From a virus (Duplodnaviria; Caudoviricetes), in IMG/VR virus record IMGVR_UViG_3300034073_003276: 64,000 nucleotides of DNA. One strand, written 5' to 3'. Both the position numbers and the translations under genes were made by a program. Positions 39,601 to 51,499 of the stretch are shown one piece after another (the first letter of the stretch is position 1; each line of letters opens with the position of its first letter). The notes beneath the pieces were generated by a model. That model saw only the letters and a list, made by a program, of their open reading frames with translations, was not told where the DNA came from and made no database searches.

Positions 39601-42600
39601 ACCTTGAGCACCCTGAGCACCTTGAGGTCCTTGTGGTCCTTGAGCACCTTGAGCACCTTGTGCACCCTGAGGTCCTTGAGGTCCTTGAATACCTTGTCTA
39701 CCTTGAGTGCCTTGAGCACCTTGAGCACCCTGAGCACCCTGAGCACCTTGAGGTCCTTGAGGTCCTTGTGGTCCTTGAGCACCTTGTGCACCTTGAGGTC
39801 CTGTTGGTCCTTGAATACCTTGAATACCTTGAATACCTGCAGCAAAAGGATCGGTCCAAGATACCCCTACACCAGTTGAAATTAGAATTGATCCAGCAAC
39901 ACCAACTTGGTTATAAACATCATATAATGCAGATCTTAATCTTATATTTCCATTGACATCTAATTTTTGTGTTGGATTTGTTGTACCTATTCCAGTATTA
40001 CCACCATAAGGATTCAAAGAAATAGTTCTATCAGCATCAACATCAATAATTGGAATACCAGAAATTGGATTAACACTAAAGATAGAACCTGATGAAAGAT
40101 TATTTGTAATAGAAAATATTGTTCCTTGCGATGCTTCAAATGATAATGTTCCAGAATTTAAAGTATCATAATGAACTACATCAAAAATTGTACCAATACC
40201 TAAAGTTCCAACTCCAGATACTGGAGTAATATAAGTTAAACTATCGGATCCAGTTGGATTGTTAGAAGCATCCTTATAAACAACTTGGTAAGCAGAACCT
40301 GCTACTGGTCCTGTTATACCTTGAATACCTTGTCTACCTTGAGTGCCTTGAGCACCCTGAGCACCCTGAGGTCCTTGAATACCTTGAATTCCTTGAATTC
40401 CTTGTGCACCCTGAGCACCTTGTGCACCTTGTGCACCTTGTGCACCTTGTGCACCTTGAGGTCCTTGAATACCTTGAATTCCTTGTGCACCTTGAGCACC
40501 TTGTGCACCTTGTGCACCCTGAGGTCCTTGAGGTCCTTGAATACCTTGCCTACCTTGAGTGCCTTGAGCACCTTGAGCACCTTGTGCACCCTGAGGTCCT
40601 TGAGGTCCTTGAATACCTTGTGTACCTTGAGTGCCTTGAGCACCTTGTGCACCTTGTGCACCTTGAGGTCCTTGAATACCTTGAATTCCTTGAATTCCTT
40701 GTGCACCCTGAGCACCTTGTGCACCTTGTGCACCTTGTGCACCTTGTGCACCTTGAGGTCCTTGAATACCTTGAATTCCTTGTGCACCTTGAGCACCTTG
40801 TGCACCTTGTGCACCCTGAGGTCCTTGAGGTCCTTGAATACCTTGAATGCCTTGAGCACCTTGAGCACCTTGTGCACCTTGTGCACCCTGAGGTCCTTGA
40901 GGTCCTTGAATACCTTGTCTACCTTGAGTGCCTTGAGCACCTTGAGCACCCTGAGCACCTTGTGCACCTTGAGGTCCTTGAATACCTTGAATGCCTTGAG
41001 CACCTTGAGCACCTTGTGCACCCTGAGGTCCTTGAGGTCCTTGAATACCTTGTCTACCTTGAGTGCCTTGAGCACCTTGAGCACCCTGAGCACCTTGTGC
41101 ACCTTGAGGTCCTTGAATACCTTGAATACCTTGAATTCCTTGAATTCCTTGTGCACCTTGAGCACCTTGAGGTCCTTGAATACCTTGAATTCCTTGTGCA
41201 CCTTGAGCACCTTGAGGTCCTTGAGGTCCTTGAATTCCTTGAATTCCTTGAATTCCTTGTGCACCTTGAGCACCTTGAGGTCCTGTTGGTCCTTGAATAC
41301 CAGCAGCAAAAGGAGCAGTCCAAGAAACACCTACACCAGTAGAAACAAGAACGGATCCAGCAACACCAACTTGATTATAGAAATCCTTTAAGGTTGAATT
41401 TAATTCTACTTCACCATTAAAAGTAGAAATTCCAGAAACAACTAATGAATCAAAAGTTGGAGTGTCAGATACTCTAATAGTAGCAATAGCACCTCCAACA
41501 GTAGAAGTGGCAATAATATTATTTCCACGAAAATCTAAGTCAGTAACGCTACCAGCAGTTCCAACAACAGACCCTTCATCACGAACAACTATACCGTCCA
41601 GTGTTCCAGCACCTGCACCAGTAACTGGTTGCCATGACCAACCACCTACTCCATCAGCAACAGGAACATAGAGATTTGTACCAAAATCAACACCATCAGG
41701 AGATATTTGATTTACATCAAGTTTATCAAATGTTCCAATACCAGAAGCGTTAATATTTCTTACGACTGCTAAATCATTTTCAGTGAATTGAACTGAACCA
41801 GCAGCAAGTCTTGTTCCTGTCGGGAATTGAGTGCTTCCAATACCAACAGCATAATTAATTAACCAAGCATCAGTTCCAAGTCCAGCAAAAGAGCCTTCCT
41901 TGAACCACATAATTTTCTTGTATGTAGGAGGAAGAGTTTCAATACCAGCAACTGTTAATGTAATTAAAGGATTACCTTCAGTTGAAGCAACTGCAATACC
42001 ACCATGATTTGCGGTATTATCATTCGAAACATCATTACCAAATGCATCAGTTCTAAATCCAAGAATAATATCGGAGTCATAAACTGTTAATTCCGTAGCA
42101 AAAATTGTTGCCGATGTTCCACCAATTGTAACATTTCCAGTTACATTTAAGTTGCGGTTAACTTGTAGGTCTCTTGTAACTGTTAAATCTTCGGGAACAA
42201 CAAGATTTGTTGGAAGACTTAATGTTGGTGTGGAACCTTCTCCAGTGCCGCCAGTTACTGTAATCTGATTTGATGTCCCACTAATATCTTTAACATAATC
42301 ACCAAAAGTATCCGTGCCTAATCCAACACTATTTGGTTGAATAGTTGCTGCTAATGATACATTACCAGTACCATCAAAGGAAATTGGAGAAGCAACAACA
42401 TCTCCTGTGATTTCAAAAGTTCTTGCGTTTTCTAGTTTTGTTGCTGTTGTTGCAGTTCCTGTTAATGCTCCTACAAAAATTGTTGCTGTAGTGACACCAG
42501 AAACATAAAGTTGTGAAACAGTAACAATACCTAAAGTTGCAATCCCAGTATTGTTTATATTAGTATTACTTAAGAAATCAATAGTACCTGTAGTGGTATC

Positions 42601-43278
42601 TAAGGTCTCAATGCTACCAATACCACTATAAGAAACATTAGTGCCTGAGAGATAATCAATAGTACCTGTGGTTACATCAAGAGTCTCAATGGTTCCAATA
42701 CCAGAAGTATTAAGATTAGTATTACTTAAGAAGTCAATAGTACCAGTAGTGGTATCTAAAGTTTCTATAGTTCCAATACCACTATAAGAAACATTAGTGC
42801 CAGAGAGGTAATCAATAGTACCTGTAGTGGTATCTAAGGTTTCTATAGTTCCAATACCAGTTATATTAATATTTCTAGCATTAAGTTCGTCGAAAGTAAT
42901 ATCATCAGAAACATAAAGATCTCCACCGACATAAAGGTCACCAGAGAATGTACTAACTCCAACAAATGTAGATACACCGGAAACATAAAGTTGATTTGAT
43001 GTAACAATACCTAAAGTTGCAATACCTGAAGAATTGATATTATCTAAAGTAGAATCGGTACTATTAAGTGTAGTAATAGTACCTACGCCAGCATTAACTT
43101 GACCATTAAAAGTAGTTGCAGTAACTACACCAGTAAATTTTCCGTTCCCTCCAACATCAAGTTCTACTGTTGGTTGTGCCGAATTTATTCCTACTAAACC
43201 ACTAGAAGTAGCAGTAATTACTGTACCTCCAACTCCTACTTCTAACCCGCGCTTTACTCTAAAATTTTGATCAGCCAA
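36691..43278 (-). CDS. Collagen-like fibre with C-terminal intramolecular chaperone (peptidase S74-like); TTG start
   Basis: Three G-X-Q blocks; C-terminal SD..QK...GVIAQE...L.EAIKE coiled coil. Confidence 0.85.
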   Translation of the reverse strand: MADQNFRVKRGLEVGVGGTVITATSSGLVGINSAQPTVELDVGGNGKFTGVVTATTFNGQVNAGVGTITTLNSTDSTLDNINSSGIATLGIVTSNQLYVSGVSTFVGVSTFSGDLYVGGDLYVSDDITFDELNARNINITGIGTIETLDTTTGTIDYLSGTNVSYSGIGTIETLDTTTGTIDFLSNTNLNTSGIGTIETLDVTTGTIDYLSGTNVSYSGIGSIETLDTTTGTIDFLSNTNINNTGIATLGIVTVSQLYVSGVTTATIFVGALTGTATTATKLENARTFEITGDVVASPISFDGTGNVSLAATIQPNSVGLGTDTFGDYVKDISGTSNQITVTGGTGEGSTPTLSLPTNLVVPEDLTVTRDLQVNRNLNVTGNVTIGGTSATIFATELTVYDSDIILGFRTDAFGNDVSNDNTANHGGIAVASTEGNPLITLTVAGIETLPPTYKKIMWFKEGSFAGLGTDAWLINYAVGIGSTQFPTGTRLAAGSVQFTENDLAVVRNINASGIGTFDKLDVNQISPDGVDFGTNLYVPVADGVGGWSWQPVTGAGAGTLDGIVVRDEGSVVGTAGSVTDLDFRGNNIIATSTVGGAIATIRVSDTPTFDSLVVSGISTFNGEVELNSTLKDFYNQVGVAGSVLVSTGVGVSWTAPFAAGIQGPTGPQGAQGAQGIQGIQGIQGPQGPQGAQGAQGIQGIQGPQGAQGAQGIQGIQGIQGIQGPQGAQGAQGAQGAQGTQGRQGIQGPQGPQGAQGAQGAQGIQGIQGPQGAQGAQGAQGAQGTQGRQGIQGPQGPQGAQGAQGAQGAQGIQGIQGPQGPQGAQGAQGAQGAQGIQGIQGPQGAQGAQGAQGAQGAQGAQGIQGIQGIQGPQGAQGAQGAQGTQGTQGIQGPQGPQGAQGAQGAQGTQGRQGIQGPQGPQGAQGAQGAQGAQGIQGIQGPQGAQGAQGAQGAQGAQGAQGIQGIQGIQGPQGAQGAQGTQGRQGIQGITGPVAGSAYQVVYKDASNNPTGSDSLTYITPVSGVGTLGIGTIFDVVHYDTLNSGTLSFEASQGTIFSITNNLSSGSIFSVNPISGIPIIDVDADRTISLNPYGGNTGIGTTNPTQKLDVNGNIRLRSALYDVYNQVGVAGSILISTGVGVSWTDPFAAGIQGIQGIQGPTGPQGAQGAQGPQGPQGPQGAQGAQGAQGAQGTQGRQGIQGPQGPQGAQGAQGAQGPQGPQGAQGAQGAQGIQGIQGPQGPQGAQGAQGTQGRQGIQGPQGAQGAQGAQGAQGIQGIQGPQGPQGAQGAQGAQGIQGIQGPQGAQGAQGAQGAQGTQGRQGIQGPQGPQGAQGAQGAQGAQGIQGIQGPQGPQGAQGAQGAQGIQGIQGPQGPQGAQGAQGPQGPQGAQGAQGAQGAQGTQGRQGIQGPQGPQGAQGAQGPQGPQGAQGAQGAQGAQGIQGIQGPQGPQGAQGAQGAQGPQGPQGAQGAQGTQGRQGIQGPQGPQGAQGAQGAQGAQGTQGRQGIQGIQGRQGIQGITGPVAGSAYQVVYKDASNNPTGSDSLTYITPVSGVGTLGIGTVIDVVHYDTLNTGTLSFEGSAGQLFSITNNLTSGSIFSVNDVSGIPSIDVDASGTIQLAPYGGNIGVGETNPTQKLDVNGNIRLRSALYDVNNQVGSATSVLLSTGSGVKWEAISTAALQGRQGIQGPTGPQGAQGAQGPQGPQGAQGAQGPQGPQGAQGAQGAQGTQGRQGIQGPQGPQGPQGAQGAQGAQGPQGPQGAQGAQGTQGRQGIQGPQGPQGAQGAQGAQGAQGTQGRQGIQGPQGPQGAQGAQGPQGPQGAQGAQGAQGAQGAQGIQGIQGPQGPQGAQGAQGAQGPQGPQGAQGAQGIQGIQGPQGPQGAQGAQGPQGPQGAQGAQGAQGTQGRQGIQGPQGPQGAQGAQGAQGPQGPQGAQGAQGTQGRQGIQGPQGPQGAQGAQGAQGPQGPQGAQGAQGAQGAQGTQGRQGIQGPQGPQGAQGAQGAQGPQGPQGAQGAQGAQGTQGRQGIQGPQGPQGAQGAQGPQGPQGAQGAQGSSAVATISDDTSTNATRYPVFEDSTSGTVSTLYVSSTKLEYNPSSGTLFATVFTSLSDKTQKTNVRKIENALDMVKKIDGVRYDWIDGHNQPSIGVIAQEIEKVLPEVVSKTPRGLKSVSYGNIVALLIEAIKEQQVRIEEMERKLNA
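37139..41300 (-). repeat. 9-bp G-X-Q collagen-type tandem repeats in three blocks
   Basis: Plus-strand units ttgagcacc/ttgaggtcc/ttgaatacc at about 37139-38253, 38730-39840 and 40310-41300. Confidence 0.95.
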
Positions 43279-43326
43279 GGTTCACTGTCCCCTCTGCTTA
43301 TTACTTTTACTTTTTTATATTTAGTC

Positions 43327-46300
43327 TTAAATCTTTGTGGCAATAAAATTAATTACATAATTAGTTGCTGATGCTGAAGACCCAGTTGCAAGAAGTACTA
43401 AATTTCCACCAGAAATATCAACATCGAATGATGCTACGGGGGTATTATTATAAACAGTCCCATATTCAGTGTGATAAGCAGTTATATTATCGTGAAGGGT
43501 AAGAATTTTTGTGCATTGGAAATTAGTTCCCTCTGTTGCTTGGATTGTGTATTCCACAAAACGATATGCTGAAGTAGAGAGTCCAGAATGAATACTTGTC
43601 TGAAGTATAGTTGATAAAGTTGAAGTTGCAGATCCAGTAACTGTCGTAGAGTTGATTTCAATATCACCAATAACTTGAAGTTTTGATGTTGGTTGAGTAG
43701 AACCAACACCAATATTAGTTCCAGTATCAGTAATAATACTATTAGTTAATTGACCATTACCATCATCCCATTTTACAATTCTATTATCAGTTAAATTATC
43801 ACCATTCTTAAGTGCCACTGAATCAGAACTAATGGTAATACCAGTTCCAACATTAACATCGAGAGTTACATCAGAAGTTAAAGTTCCACCACCACCTAAT
43901 CCAGATCCAGCAATCACATCCCGATTAAGATTTAATGCAGTTGTAGCAACTCCCACAAGATTTCCATAAAATGTTGTTGCTGTAGTAACACCAGAAACAT
44001 AAAGTTGTGAAACAGTAACAATACCTAAAGTTGCAATCCCAGTATTGTTTATATTAGTATTACTTAAGAAATCAATAGTACCTGTAGTGGTATCTAAGGT
44101 CTCAATGCTACCAATACCACTATAAGAAACATTAGTGCCTGAGAGATAATCAATAGTACCTGTGGTTACATCAAGAGTCTCAATGGTTCCAATACCAGAA
44201 GTATTAAGATTAGTATTACTTAAGAAGTCAATAGTACCAGTAGTGGTATCTAAAGTTTCAATAGTTCCAATACCACTATAAGAAACATTAGTGCCTGAGA
44301 GATAATCAATAGTACCTGTAGTGGTATCTAAGGTTTCTATAGTTCCAATACCACTATAAGAAACATTAGTGCCTGATAAGAAATCAATGGTTGCTGTAGC
44401 GGTATCTAAGGTTTCTATAGTACCTATTCCACTATAAGAAACATTAGTACCAGAAAGGTAATCAATAGTACCAGTAGTGGTATCTAAGGTCTCAATGGTT
44501 CCAATACCTGAAGTATTCAGATTGGTATTACTTAAATAATCAATAGTACCTGTAGTGGTATCTAAAGTTTCAATAGTTCCAATGCCACTTACATTAATAT
44601 TATTAGCACTAAGTTCATCAAAAACAATATCATCAGCAACATAAAGATCCCCACCAACATAAAGGTCACCAGAGAATGTACCAACTCCAACAAATGTAGA
44701 TACACCGGAAACATAAAGTTGTGAAGCAGTAACAATACCTAAAGTTGCAATCCCAGTATTGTTTAGATTGGTATTACTTAAGAAGTCAATAGTACCAGTA
44801 GTTACATCAAGAATCTCAATGGTTCCAATACCAGTTATATTAATATTATTGGCACTAATTTCATCAAAAACAACATCATCAGCAACATAAAGATCTCCAC
44901 GAACATAAAGGTCTCCATTAAAAGTACTAATTCCATTAAATGTAGAAAATCCAGTGACAAAAAGATTTTCATTCAATAAGAAATCAATAGTACCAGTAGT
45001 TACATCAAGAGTCTCAATGGTTCCAATACCAGTTATATTAATATTTCTAGCATTAAGTTCGTCGAAAGTAATATCATCAGCAACATAAAGATCTCCACCA
45101 ACATAAAGGTCACCAGAAAATGTACTAACTCCAACGAATGTAGAAACTCCAGAAACATAAAGTTGATTTGATGTAACAATACCTAAAGTTGCAATCCCAG
45201 TATTGTTTAGATTGGTATTACTTAAGAAGTCAATAGTACCAGTAGTTACATCAAGAATCTCAATGGTTCCAATACCAGTTATATTAATATTTCTAGCACT
45301 AATTTCATCAAAAACAACATCATCAGCAACATAAAGATCTCCACCAACATAAAGGTCTCCATTAAAAGTACTGATTCCATTAAATGTAGAAAATCCAGAA
45401 ACATAAAGTTGTGAAGCAGTAACAATACCTAAAGTTGCAATCCCAGTATTGTTTAAATTAGTATTACTTAAGAAATCAATAGTACCTGTAGTGGTATCTA
45501 AGGTCTCTATAGTTCCAATACCAGTTATATTAATATTTCTAGCACTAATTTCATCAAAAACAACATCATCAGCAACATAAAGATCTCCACGAACATAAAG
45601 GTCTCCATTAAAAGTACTGATTCCATTAAATGTAGAAAATCCAGTGACAAAAAGATTTTCATTCAATAAGAAATCAATAGTACCTGTAGTAGTATCTAAG
45701 GTCTCTATAGTTCCAATACCAGTTATATTAATATTTCTAGCACTAATTTCATCAAAAACAACATCATCAGCAACATAAAGATCTCCACCAACATAAAGGT
45801 CACCAGAGAATGTACTAACTCCAACGAATGTAGAAACTCCAGAAACATAAAGTTGTGAAGTGGTAACAATACCTAAAGTTGCAATTCCAGTATTGTTTAA
45901 ATTAGTATTACTTAAATAATCAATAGTACCAGTAGTTACATCAAGAGTCTCAATGGTTCCAATGCCACTTACATTAATATTATTAGCACTAATTTCATCA
46001 AAAACAACATCATCAGCAACATAAAGATCTCCACCAACATAAAGGTCACCAGAAAATGTACTAACTCCAACGAATGTAGAAACTCCAGAAACATAAAGTT
46101 GATTTGATGTAACAATACCTAAAGTTGCAATCCCAGTATTGTTTAGATTGGTATTACTTAAGAAGTCAATAGTACCAGTAGTGGTATCTAAGGTCTCAAT
46201 GGTTCCAATACCACTATAAGAAACATTAGTGCCAGAGAGGTAATCAATAGTACCAGTGGTGGTATCTAAGGTTTCAATGGTTCCAATACCACTATAAGAA

Positions 46301-48810
46301 ACATTAGTGCCTGATAAGAAATCAATAGTTGCTGTAGTGGTATCTAAAGTTTCAATAGTTCCAATACCTGAAGTATTCAGATTGGTATTACTTAAATAAT
46401 CAATAGTACCAGTAGTTACATCAAGAGTCTCAATGGTACCAATACCACTATAAGAAACATTAGTGCCAGAGAGGTAATCAATGGTTGCTGTAGTGGTATC
46501 TAAGGTCTCAATGGTACCAATACCAGAAGTATTAAGATTAGTATTACTTAAGAAGTCAATAGTACCTGTAGTGGTATCTAAGGTCTCAATGGTTCCGATA
46601 CCTGAAGTATTAAGATTAGTATTACTTAAGAAGTCAATAGTACCTGTAGTGGTATCTAAGGTCTCAATGGTACCTATTCCACTATAAGAAACATTATTAC
46701 CAGAAAGGTAATCAATGGTTGCTATAGTAGTATCTAAGGTCTCAATGGTACCTATTCCACTATAAGAAACATTAGTGCCTGATAAGAAATCAATGATTGC
46801 TGTAGTGGTATCTAAAGTTTCAATGGTTCCAATACCACTATAAGAAACATTAGTGCCTGATAAGAAATCAATAGTACCTGTAGTGGTATCTAAGGTCTCA
46901 ATGGTTCCAATACCAATTGCATAAATATTTGGAACTGTTAGTTGATTAGAACTTAATACTTCAACTTCATTAATTTTATAAACTTTACCAGATTCTAAAT
47001 CAAAGTTTTCACTCGATTTTAGAGAATCGCTAGAATAATCATATGTTAAAGTTTTACGAATATTTACAGATCCAATTCCAATTCCAGCACCATCAAGAAG
47101 AAAATTAGTTCCTACTGTAGTTGCTATACCTACATTAAAATCGGCAAATTCAATTGTTGTTGAATTAACAATAAATTCCGTACCTTCTACATATAGATCA
47201 CCTTTAATTCTTACTATACCACTTGTAGTTCCAACGCCAACTGGATGAGGGTCAATAATTAAAACTTCCGGACCACTTATAGTATCTGCAGTAATATTAA
47301 TTGAAGTCGAAGAAGGTCCAGTTGAAAACTGAGTTGCAGTTATAATACCAGAAGAATCAATATTAGTATTACTTAAGAAGTCAATAGTACCAGTAGTGGT
47401 ATCTAAAGTCTCAATGGTTCCAATACCACTATAAGAAACATTAGTGCCAGAGAGGTAATCAATAGTACCAGTGGTGGTATCTAAGGTTTCAATGGTTCCA
47501 ATACCACTATAAGAAACATTAGTGCCTGATAAGAAATCAATAGTTGCTGTAGTGGTATCTAAAGTTTCAATAGTTCCAATACCACTATAAGAAACATTAG
47601 TACCAGAAAGGTAATCAATAGTACCAGTAGTGGTATCTAAGGTCTCAATGGTTCCAATACCTAAAGTATCCAGATTGGTATTACTTAAATAATCAATAGT
47701 ACCAGTAGTTACATCAAGAGTCTCAATGGTACCAATACCAGAAGTATTAAGATTAGTATTACTTAAGAAGTCAATAGTACCTGTAGTGGTATCTAAGGTC
47801 TCAATGGTTCCAATACCTGAAGTATTCAGATTAGTATTACTTAAGAAGTCAATAGTACCTGTAGTGGTATCTAAGGTCTCAATGGTTCCAATACCACTAT
47901 AAGAAACATTAGTGCCTGATAAGAAATCAATAGTACCAGTAGTTACATCAAGAGTCTCAATGGTACCAATACCAGAAGTATTAAGATTAGTATTACTTAA
48001 GAAGTCAATAGTACCTGTAGTGGTATCTAAGGTCTCAATGGTACCTATTCCACTATAAGAAACATTATTACCAGAAAGGTAATCAATGGTTGCTATAGTA
48101 GTATCTAAGGTCTCAATGGTACCTATTCCACTATAAGAAACATTAGTGCCTGATAAGAAATCAATGATTGCTGTAGTGGTATCTAAAGTTTCAATAGTTC
48201 CAATACCAGTTATATTAATATTTCTAGCATTAAGTTCGTCGAAAGTAATATCATCAGCAACATAAAGATCCCCACCAACATAAAGATCTCCACCTGTTGT
48301 TGTAATACCGCCAGCAGAGGCAAGTGTTGCGACCCCTACAACATTTAAAGTCTCTGAAATATTAGTTATATCAAGTTCCGTTATACCTTCTACATTCAGA
48401 TTTCCATTAGCATCAATAGAATCAGTAAATGTAGAAACTCCTGTGACACTTAAATTGCCAGTAAGAATTGCGTTTCTTGCAGTAAACTCATCAAAGATTA
48501 AATCATCCGCAACATAAAGATCTCCACCAACATATAAATCTCCACCAGTCGTAACAATACCACTAGTTGCCGCTAATGTAGTAATTCCAGAAACATAAAG
48601 TTGCCCAAAAGAAGAAGAGGCACTTACATCAATATTTGTAGCAGTTACAACACCTGTAAAATATCCATCTCCTACAACATATAATGCAGATGTAGCATTT
48701 GTAGTTCCTATACCAACATTACCAACAATATCTAATACGGTTTTATTTTCGGTAAAACTATTAATACCAATACTTAAATTTCTTTGTCTACCGCTGAGGA
48801 ACTTTGCCAT
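43327..48810 (-). CDS. Long Thr/Ser-rich repeat fibre or virion structural protein
   Basis: Dozens of 26-aa [16 protein letters not shown](F/Y)LS... units and [11 protein letters not shown] repeats. Confidence 0.75.
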   Translation of the reverse strand: MAKFLSGRQRNLSIGINSFTENKTVLDIVGNVGIGTTNATSALYVVGDGYFTGVVTATNIDVSASSSFGQLYVSGITTLAATSGIVTTGGDLYVGGDLYVADDLIFDEFTARNAILTGNLSVTGVSTFTDSIDANGNLNVEGITELDITNISETLNVVGVATLASAGGITTTGGDLYVGGDLYVADDITFDELNARNINITGIGTIETLDTTTAIIDFLSGTNVSYSGIGTIETLDTTIATIDYLSGNNVSYSGIGTIETLDTTTGTIDFLSNTNLNTSGIGTIETLDVTTGTIDFLSGTNVSYSGIGTIETLDTTTGTIDFLSNTNLNTSGIGTIETLDTTTGTIDFLSNTNLNTSGIGTIETLDVTTGTIDYLSNTNLDTLGIGTIETLDTTTGTIDYLSGTNVSYSGIGTIETLDTTTATIDFLSGTNVSYSGIGTIETLDTTTGTIDYLSGTNVSYSGIGTIETLDTTTGTIDFLSNTNIDSSGIITATQFSTGPSSTSINITADTISGPEVLIIDPHPVGVGTTSGIVRIKGDLYVEGTEFIVNSTTIEFADFNVGIATTVGTNFLLDGAGIGIGSVNIRKTLTYDYSSDSLKSSENFDLESGKVYKINEVEVLSSNQLTVPNIYAIGIGTIETLDTTTGTIDFLSGTNVSYSGIGTIETLDTTTAIIDFLSGTNVSYSGIGTIETLDTTIATIDYLSGNNVSYSGIGTIETLDTTTGTIDFLSNTNLNTSGIGTIETLDTTTGTIDFLSNTNLNTSGIGTIETLDTTTATIDYLSGTNVSYSGIGTIETLDVTTGTIDYLSNTNLNTSGIGTIETLDTTTATIDFLSGTNVSYSGIGTIETLDTTTGTIDYLSGTNVSYSGIGTIETLDTTTGTIDFLSNTNLNNTGIATLGIVTSNQLYVSGVSTFVGVSTFSGDLYVGGDLYVADDVVFDEISANNINVSGIGTIETLDVTTGTIDYLSNTNLNNTGIATLGIVTTSQLYVSGVSTFVGVSTFSGDLYVGGDLYVADDVVFDEISARNINITGIGTIETLDTTTGTIDFLLNENLFVTGFSTFNGISTFNGDLYVRGDLYVADDVVFDEISARNINITGIGTIETLDTTTGTIDFLSNTNLNNTGIATLGIVTASQLYVSGFSTFNGISTFNGDLYVGGDLYVADDVVFDEISARNINITGIGTIEILDVTTGTIDFLSNTNLNNTGIATLGIVTSNQLYVSGVSTFVGVSTFSGDLYVGGDLYVADDITFDELNARNINITGIGTIETLDVTTGTIDFLLNENLFVTGFSTFNGISTFNGDLYVRGDLYVADDVVFDEISANNINITGIGTIEILDVTTGTIDFLSNTNLNNTGIATLGIVTASQLYVSGVSTFVGVGTFSGDLYVGGDLYVADDIVFDELSANNINVSGIGTIETLDTTTGTIDYLSNTNLNTSGIGTIETLDTTTGTIDYLSGTNVSYSGIGTIETLDTATATIDFLSGTNVSYSGIGTIETLDTTTGTIDYLSGTNVSYSGIGTIETLDTTTGTIDFLSNTNLNTSGIGTIETLDVTTGTIDYLSGTNVSYSGIGSIETLDTTTGTIDFLSNTNINNTGIATLGIVTVSQLYVSGVTTATTFYGNLVGVATTALNLNRDVIAGSGLGGGGTLTSDVTLDVNVGTGITISSDSVALKNGDNLTDNRIVKWDDGNGQLTNSIITDTGTNIGVGSTQPTSKLQVIGDIEINSTTVTGSATSTLSTILQTSIHSGLSTSAYRFVEYTIQATEGTNFQCTKILTLHDNITAYHTEYGTVYNNTPVASFDVDISGGNLVLLATGSSASATNYVINFIATKI

Positions 48811-48819
48811 TGTTGGTTA

Positions 48820-49161
48820 TTAGTTGAGAGTTTCTAAAATACTTCCAATAAATTTGATATTAGTGCCATCACTTGCCGAAATACTCAAAGAATCACCAGA
48901 CTCAAGCACAAGTTTTCCACCCAGAAGAGTTGTCGTATCATTCCCTTCAATTGGAAAATCTTTCAATATTTCCGTAGTTACAGCAATTCCAGTTTTAGTT
49001 CTTTTATGGGAGAAAGAAATTGTGTGAGTATTCACATCAATATTTGCTGCCTGTGCCAATAAAACAACGCTACTATAACCAATAGGTGCTGTATAAATTC
49101 CAACGGCACTTGTTGGAACTACAGTAGTAACTGTTTTATAAACATTTAACGGTAATGCCAT
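48820..49161 (-). CDS. Small virion structural protein
   Basis: Beta-rich; KLVLE.GD motif; fibre gene context. Confidence 0.5.
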   Translation of the reverse strand: MALPLNVYKTVTTVVPTSAVGIYTAPIGYSSVVLLAQAANIDVNTHTISFSHKRTKTGIAVTTEILKDFPIEGNDTTTLLGGKLVLESGDSLSISASDGTNIKFIGSILETLN

Positions 49162-49165
49162 TGTT

Positions 49166-51040
49166 TTATTCTCCTAATGCTAGAATGTATGGTGTAAGAG
49201 TTGCAAACAAACTCTTGGAATAGAAAGTTCCAGAAATAGTACCAGTGACCTGATTGATTTGAACTCCCTCACCAATTCTAAAATTTCCTGACTGATCGGT
49301 ACTAGTATAAACAACTAGTCCACCATTTCTAGAATCAGTTTCATTATCTGGAATTGACACTCCACCATTTGCTGGTAAAGAATTAACTTTATCTGTTCCA
49401 GATCCAATGTATTCAAAAGAGTGTCCAGATCCCAATATTCTACTTTGTTTAAAGAACGGAACTGTAGATCCAACTCCAACAACATAAGGCACATTTTCAT
49501 TTAATGTAATCGTACAAATTCCAGCACTTGGTGGTGTTGAACTTTGAATTGTATAATAAGACGGTAAAAGTTCTAAAGTAGCAGTTGCTGTATTTATCCC
49601 AACATCAGGAGCAGAGAATGTAATTGTTGGAAGTGATGTATATCCTCTACCACTCGAAACAATTTCAACTCCAACGACACTTCCATTACGAATTTCAGCA
49701 ACGGCAGTAGCAGACACTCCCCAATCATTTACTGTTGAAGGATCTTCAATTGTAATTGTTGGAGCACTATTGTATCCACTACCAGAATTTGTAATCGTAA
49801 TTTTTCCTAATGTATAATATAGTTCATCAAGATAGATAACTTGACCATCAAAAGGTCTTACAACATCAATTGCTACCGTGCCGCCAGACTCATAAGAATG
49901 TGGAAGAGTTGAAGGTCCAACATAAGCAGAGAATGTATCAGCAGAATTTACAGACTCAACAGTAAATTTATAACCATAATTTCCGCTAGGATAAGTAAGA
50001 ATTGTTGGTCCAGAAGGGCAACTAAATTGAAGACCATTAATTGTCAAACCCATTCCGACATTAAAATTGTGGTTTGTTGTGGTGGTGATTGTGACAATAC
50101 CAGATACATTATCATATGATGCTGTCTGAACTCCAAGTGTTGGAGTGCTAATATCAACCTCAAAAATAAAGTCGTTAATTTCTGAATTTGACCCTGTTAG
50201 AATTCCAGTGTATTGCTTTGCTCCTACACCATCAGCAACTAGTCCATAATTACCGAATGAAGAGTTAGAGTTTGTAAGATCGCAAGCACCACCACTTCCA
50301 CAATATACTGCAATATCACTATTAATAGTAAATAAAGAAACTAACTGTGCGTATCCACCATTTGTGATTGAAACTCCAATGCCATTTGGATTGTATTGAG
50401 TAAAAGAGTCTGTAACCATACTCTTGAATGGTCCAATAACATCTCTACCATCAATCTTCATTCCAATACTATTTTCAATAAAATTTGTGCAGTTACGAAT
50501 ATAAGGTGATTGTGCCGAGTATCTTACAATATTTGGATTAAAGGCAACAATTCCTTTTCCAGGATTTAGTGTACCTGTAAACGATAACTCTGTAATATAA
50601 TTACCAGGAGCAACATGAAAAAGATCTTGATCAGCATTTTGAGGAGAAACTGAAACTTCTCTTAAACTATCTCCAACGATACTGACTTGTGGCGGTAAAA
50701 CAATTGGATTATTCTCAACATAAGACCCAGCACTTATACGAATCACATCTCCTTCTGTAGCAACAGCAACGGCACCAGCAATTGTTGCTTTTGCATCTCC
50801 AAGTTTAAGACCTGTGTTATTATCGTTTCCGTCTTTTGTTACATAAAGAATATTTGTAACACTTGCACCTGCTCCGACTCTTACAACTTCTGTTGCGATT
50901 CCTGTCTGTGAGAATCGGTCACGAAGTGCATATAACTCCGCATCATAAGTATTAAATGCTAATTCAGCACCTAATAGTTGGTCTACTGTAGGTCTTTTAC
51001 CAGGAACGGCAGACCTTTTTATCCGAATCGGAGTTGCCAT
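49166..51040 (-). CDS. Virion structural protein with a beta-helix (pectin lyase-like) region
   Basis: IRIKRS...P; LYV...G.D.N.G...ATIAGA...GD.I...AG.Y.E; SG.GY repeats. Confidence 0.6.
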   Translation of the reverse strand: MATPIRIKRSAVPGKRPTVDQLLGAELAFNTYDAELYALRDRFSQTGIATEVVRVGAGASVTNILYVTKDGNDNNTGLKLGDAKATIAGAVAVATEGDVIRISAGSYVENNPIVLPPQVSIVGDSLREVSVSPQNADQDLFHVAPGNYITELSFTGTLNPGKGIVAFNPNIVRYSAQSPYIRNCTNFIENSIGMKIDGRDVIGPFKSMVTDSFTQYNPNGIGVSITNGGYAQLVSLFTINSDIAVYCGSGGACDLTNSNSSFGNYGLVADGVGAKQYTGILTGSNSEINDFIFEVDISTPTLGVQTASYDNVSGIVTITTTTNHNFNVGMGLTINGLQFSCPSGPTILTYPSGNYGYKFTVESVNSADTFSAYVGPSTLPHSYESGGTVAIDVVRPFDGQVIYLDELYYTLGKITITNSGSGYNSAPTITIEDPSTVNDWGVSATAVAEIRNGSVVGVEIVSSGRGYTSLPTITFSAPDVGINTATATLELLPSYYTIQSSTPPSAGICTITLNENVPYVVGVGSTVPFFKQSRILGSGHSFEYIGSGTDKVNSLPANGGVSIPDNETDSRNGGLVVYTSTDQSGNFRIGEGVQINQVTGTISGTFYSKSLFATLTPYILALGE

Positions 51041-51104
51041 TTATTATATTCGGTATTTACCATAGGAGACAGTATATACTGCCTTTTTATATATTTATCA
51101 AACC

Positions 51105-51476
51105 TCAAGACGCATTATTTCTTCTTGGACGATAAGCAAATAAGTTAGTCGGAGGGTCTGGTTTCATCCACTCTTCTATCTTATCAAATCTTTCTTCATC
51201 ATAAAAATCTTGTTGGACATACCAAAGTTTCCAGTGGTCATGTCCTTTTGATTGATTACAATTATGACAACAACACACTACATTCTTTGTTGTATCTAAA
51301 CCACCTTTTGATTGTGGGATAACATGGTCAATTGTGAGATTTTCTTCTGACTCACAATACGCACATTTATAATTCCATTTTTCTTTAATTTCTTGTCTCC
51401 ATAATCTTCGTGCTTCTCCCGGTTTTGTAGTGCGTAAGTAAAACAAATATTCTTCTGGAGAATGAAGAGGAGTCAT
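51105..51476 (-). CDS. HNH endonuclease
   Basis: CAYC...TIDHVIP.SKGG...N...C..CN..K. Confidence 0.85.
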   Translation of the reverse strand: MTPLHSPEEYLFYLRTTKPGEARRLWRQEIKEKWNYKCAYCESEENLTIDHVIPQSKGGLDTTKNVVCCCHNCNQSKGHDHWKLWYVQQDFYDEERFDKIEEWMKPDPPTNLFAYRPRRNNAS

Positions 51477-51499
51477 AAGTTACTGCGACTTATGATTAT

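Noticed and set aside
36942-41391. Long alternative-frame ORFs (VLKDHKD.., LEHLEHP.., STLSTLR..)
   Set aside because: Stop-free shadows of the 9-bp collagen repeat; no RBS or independent features
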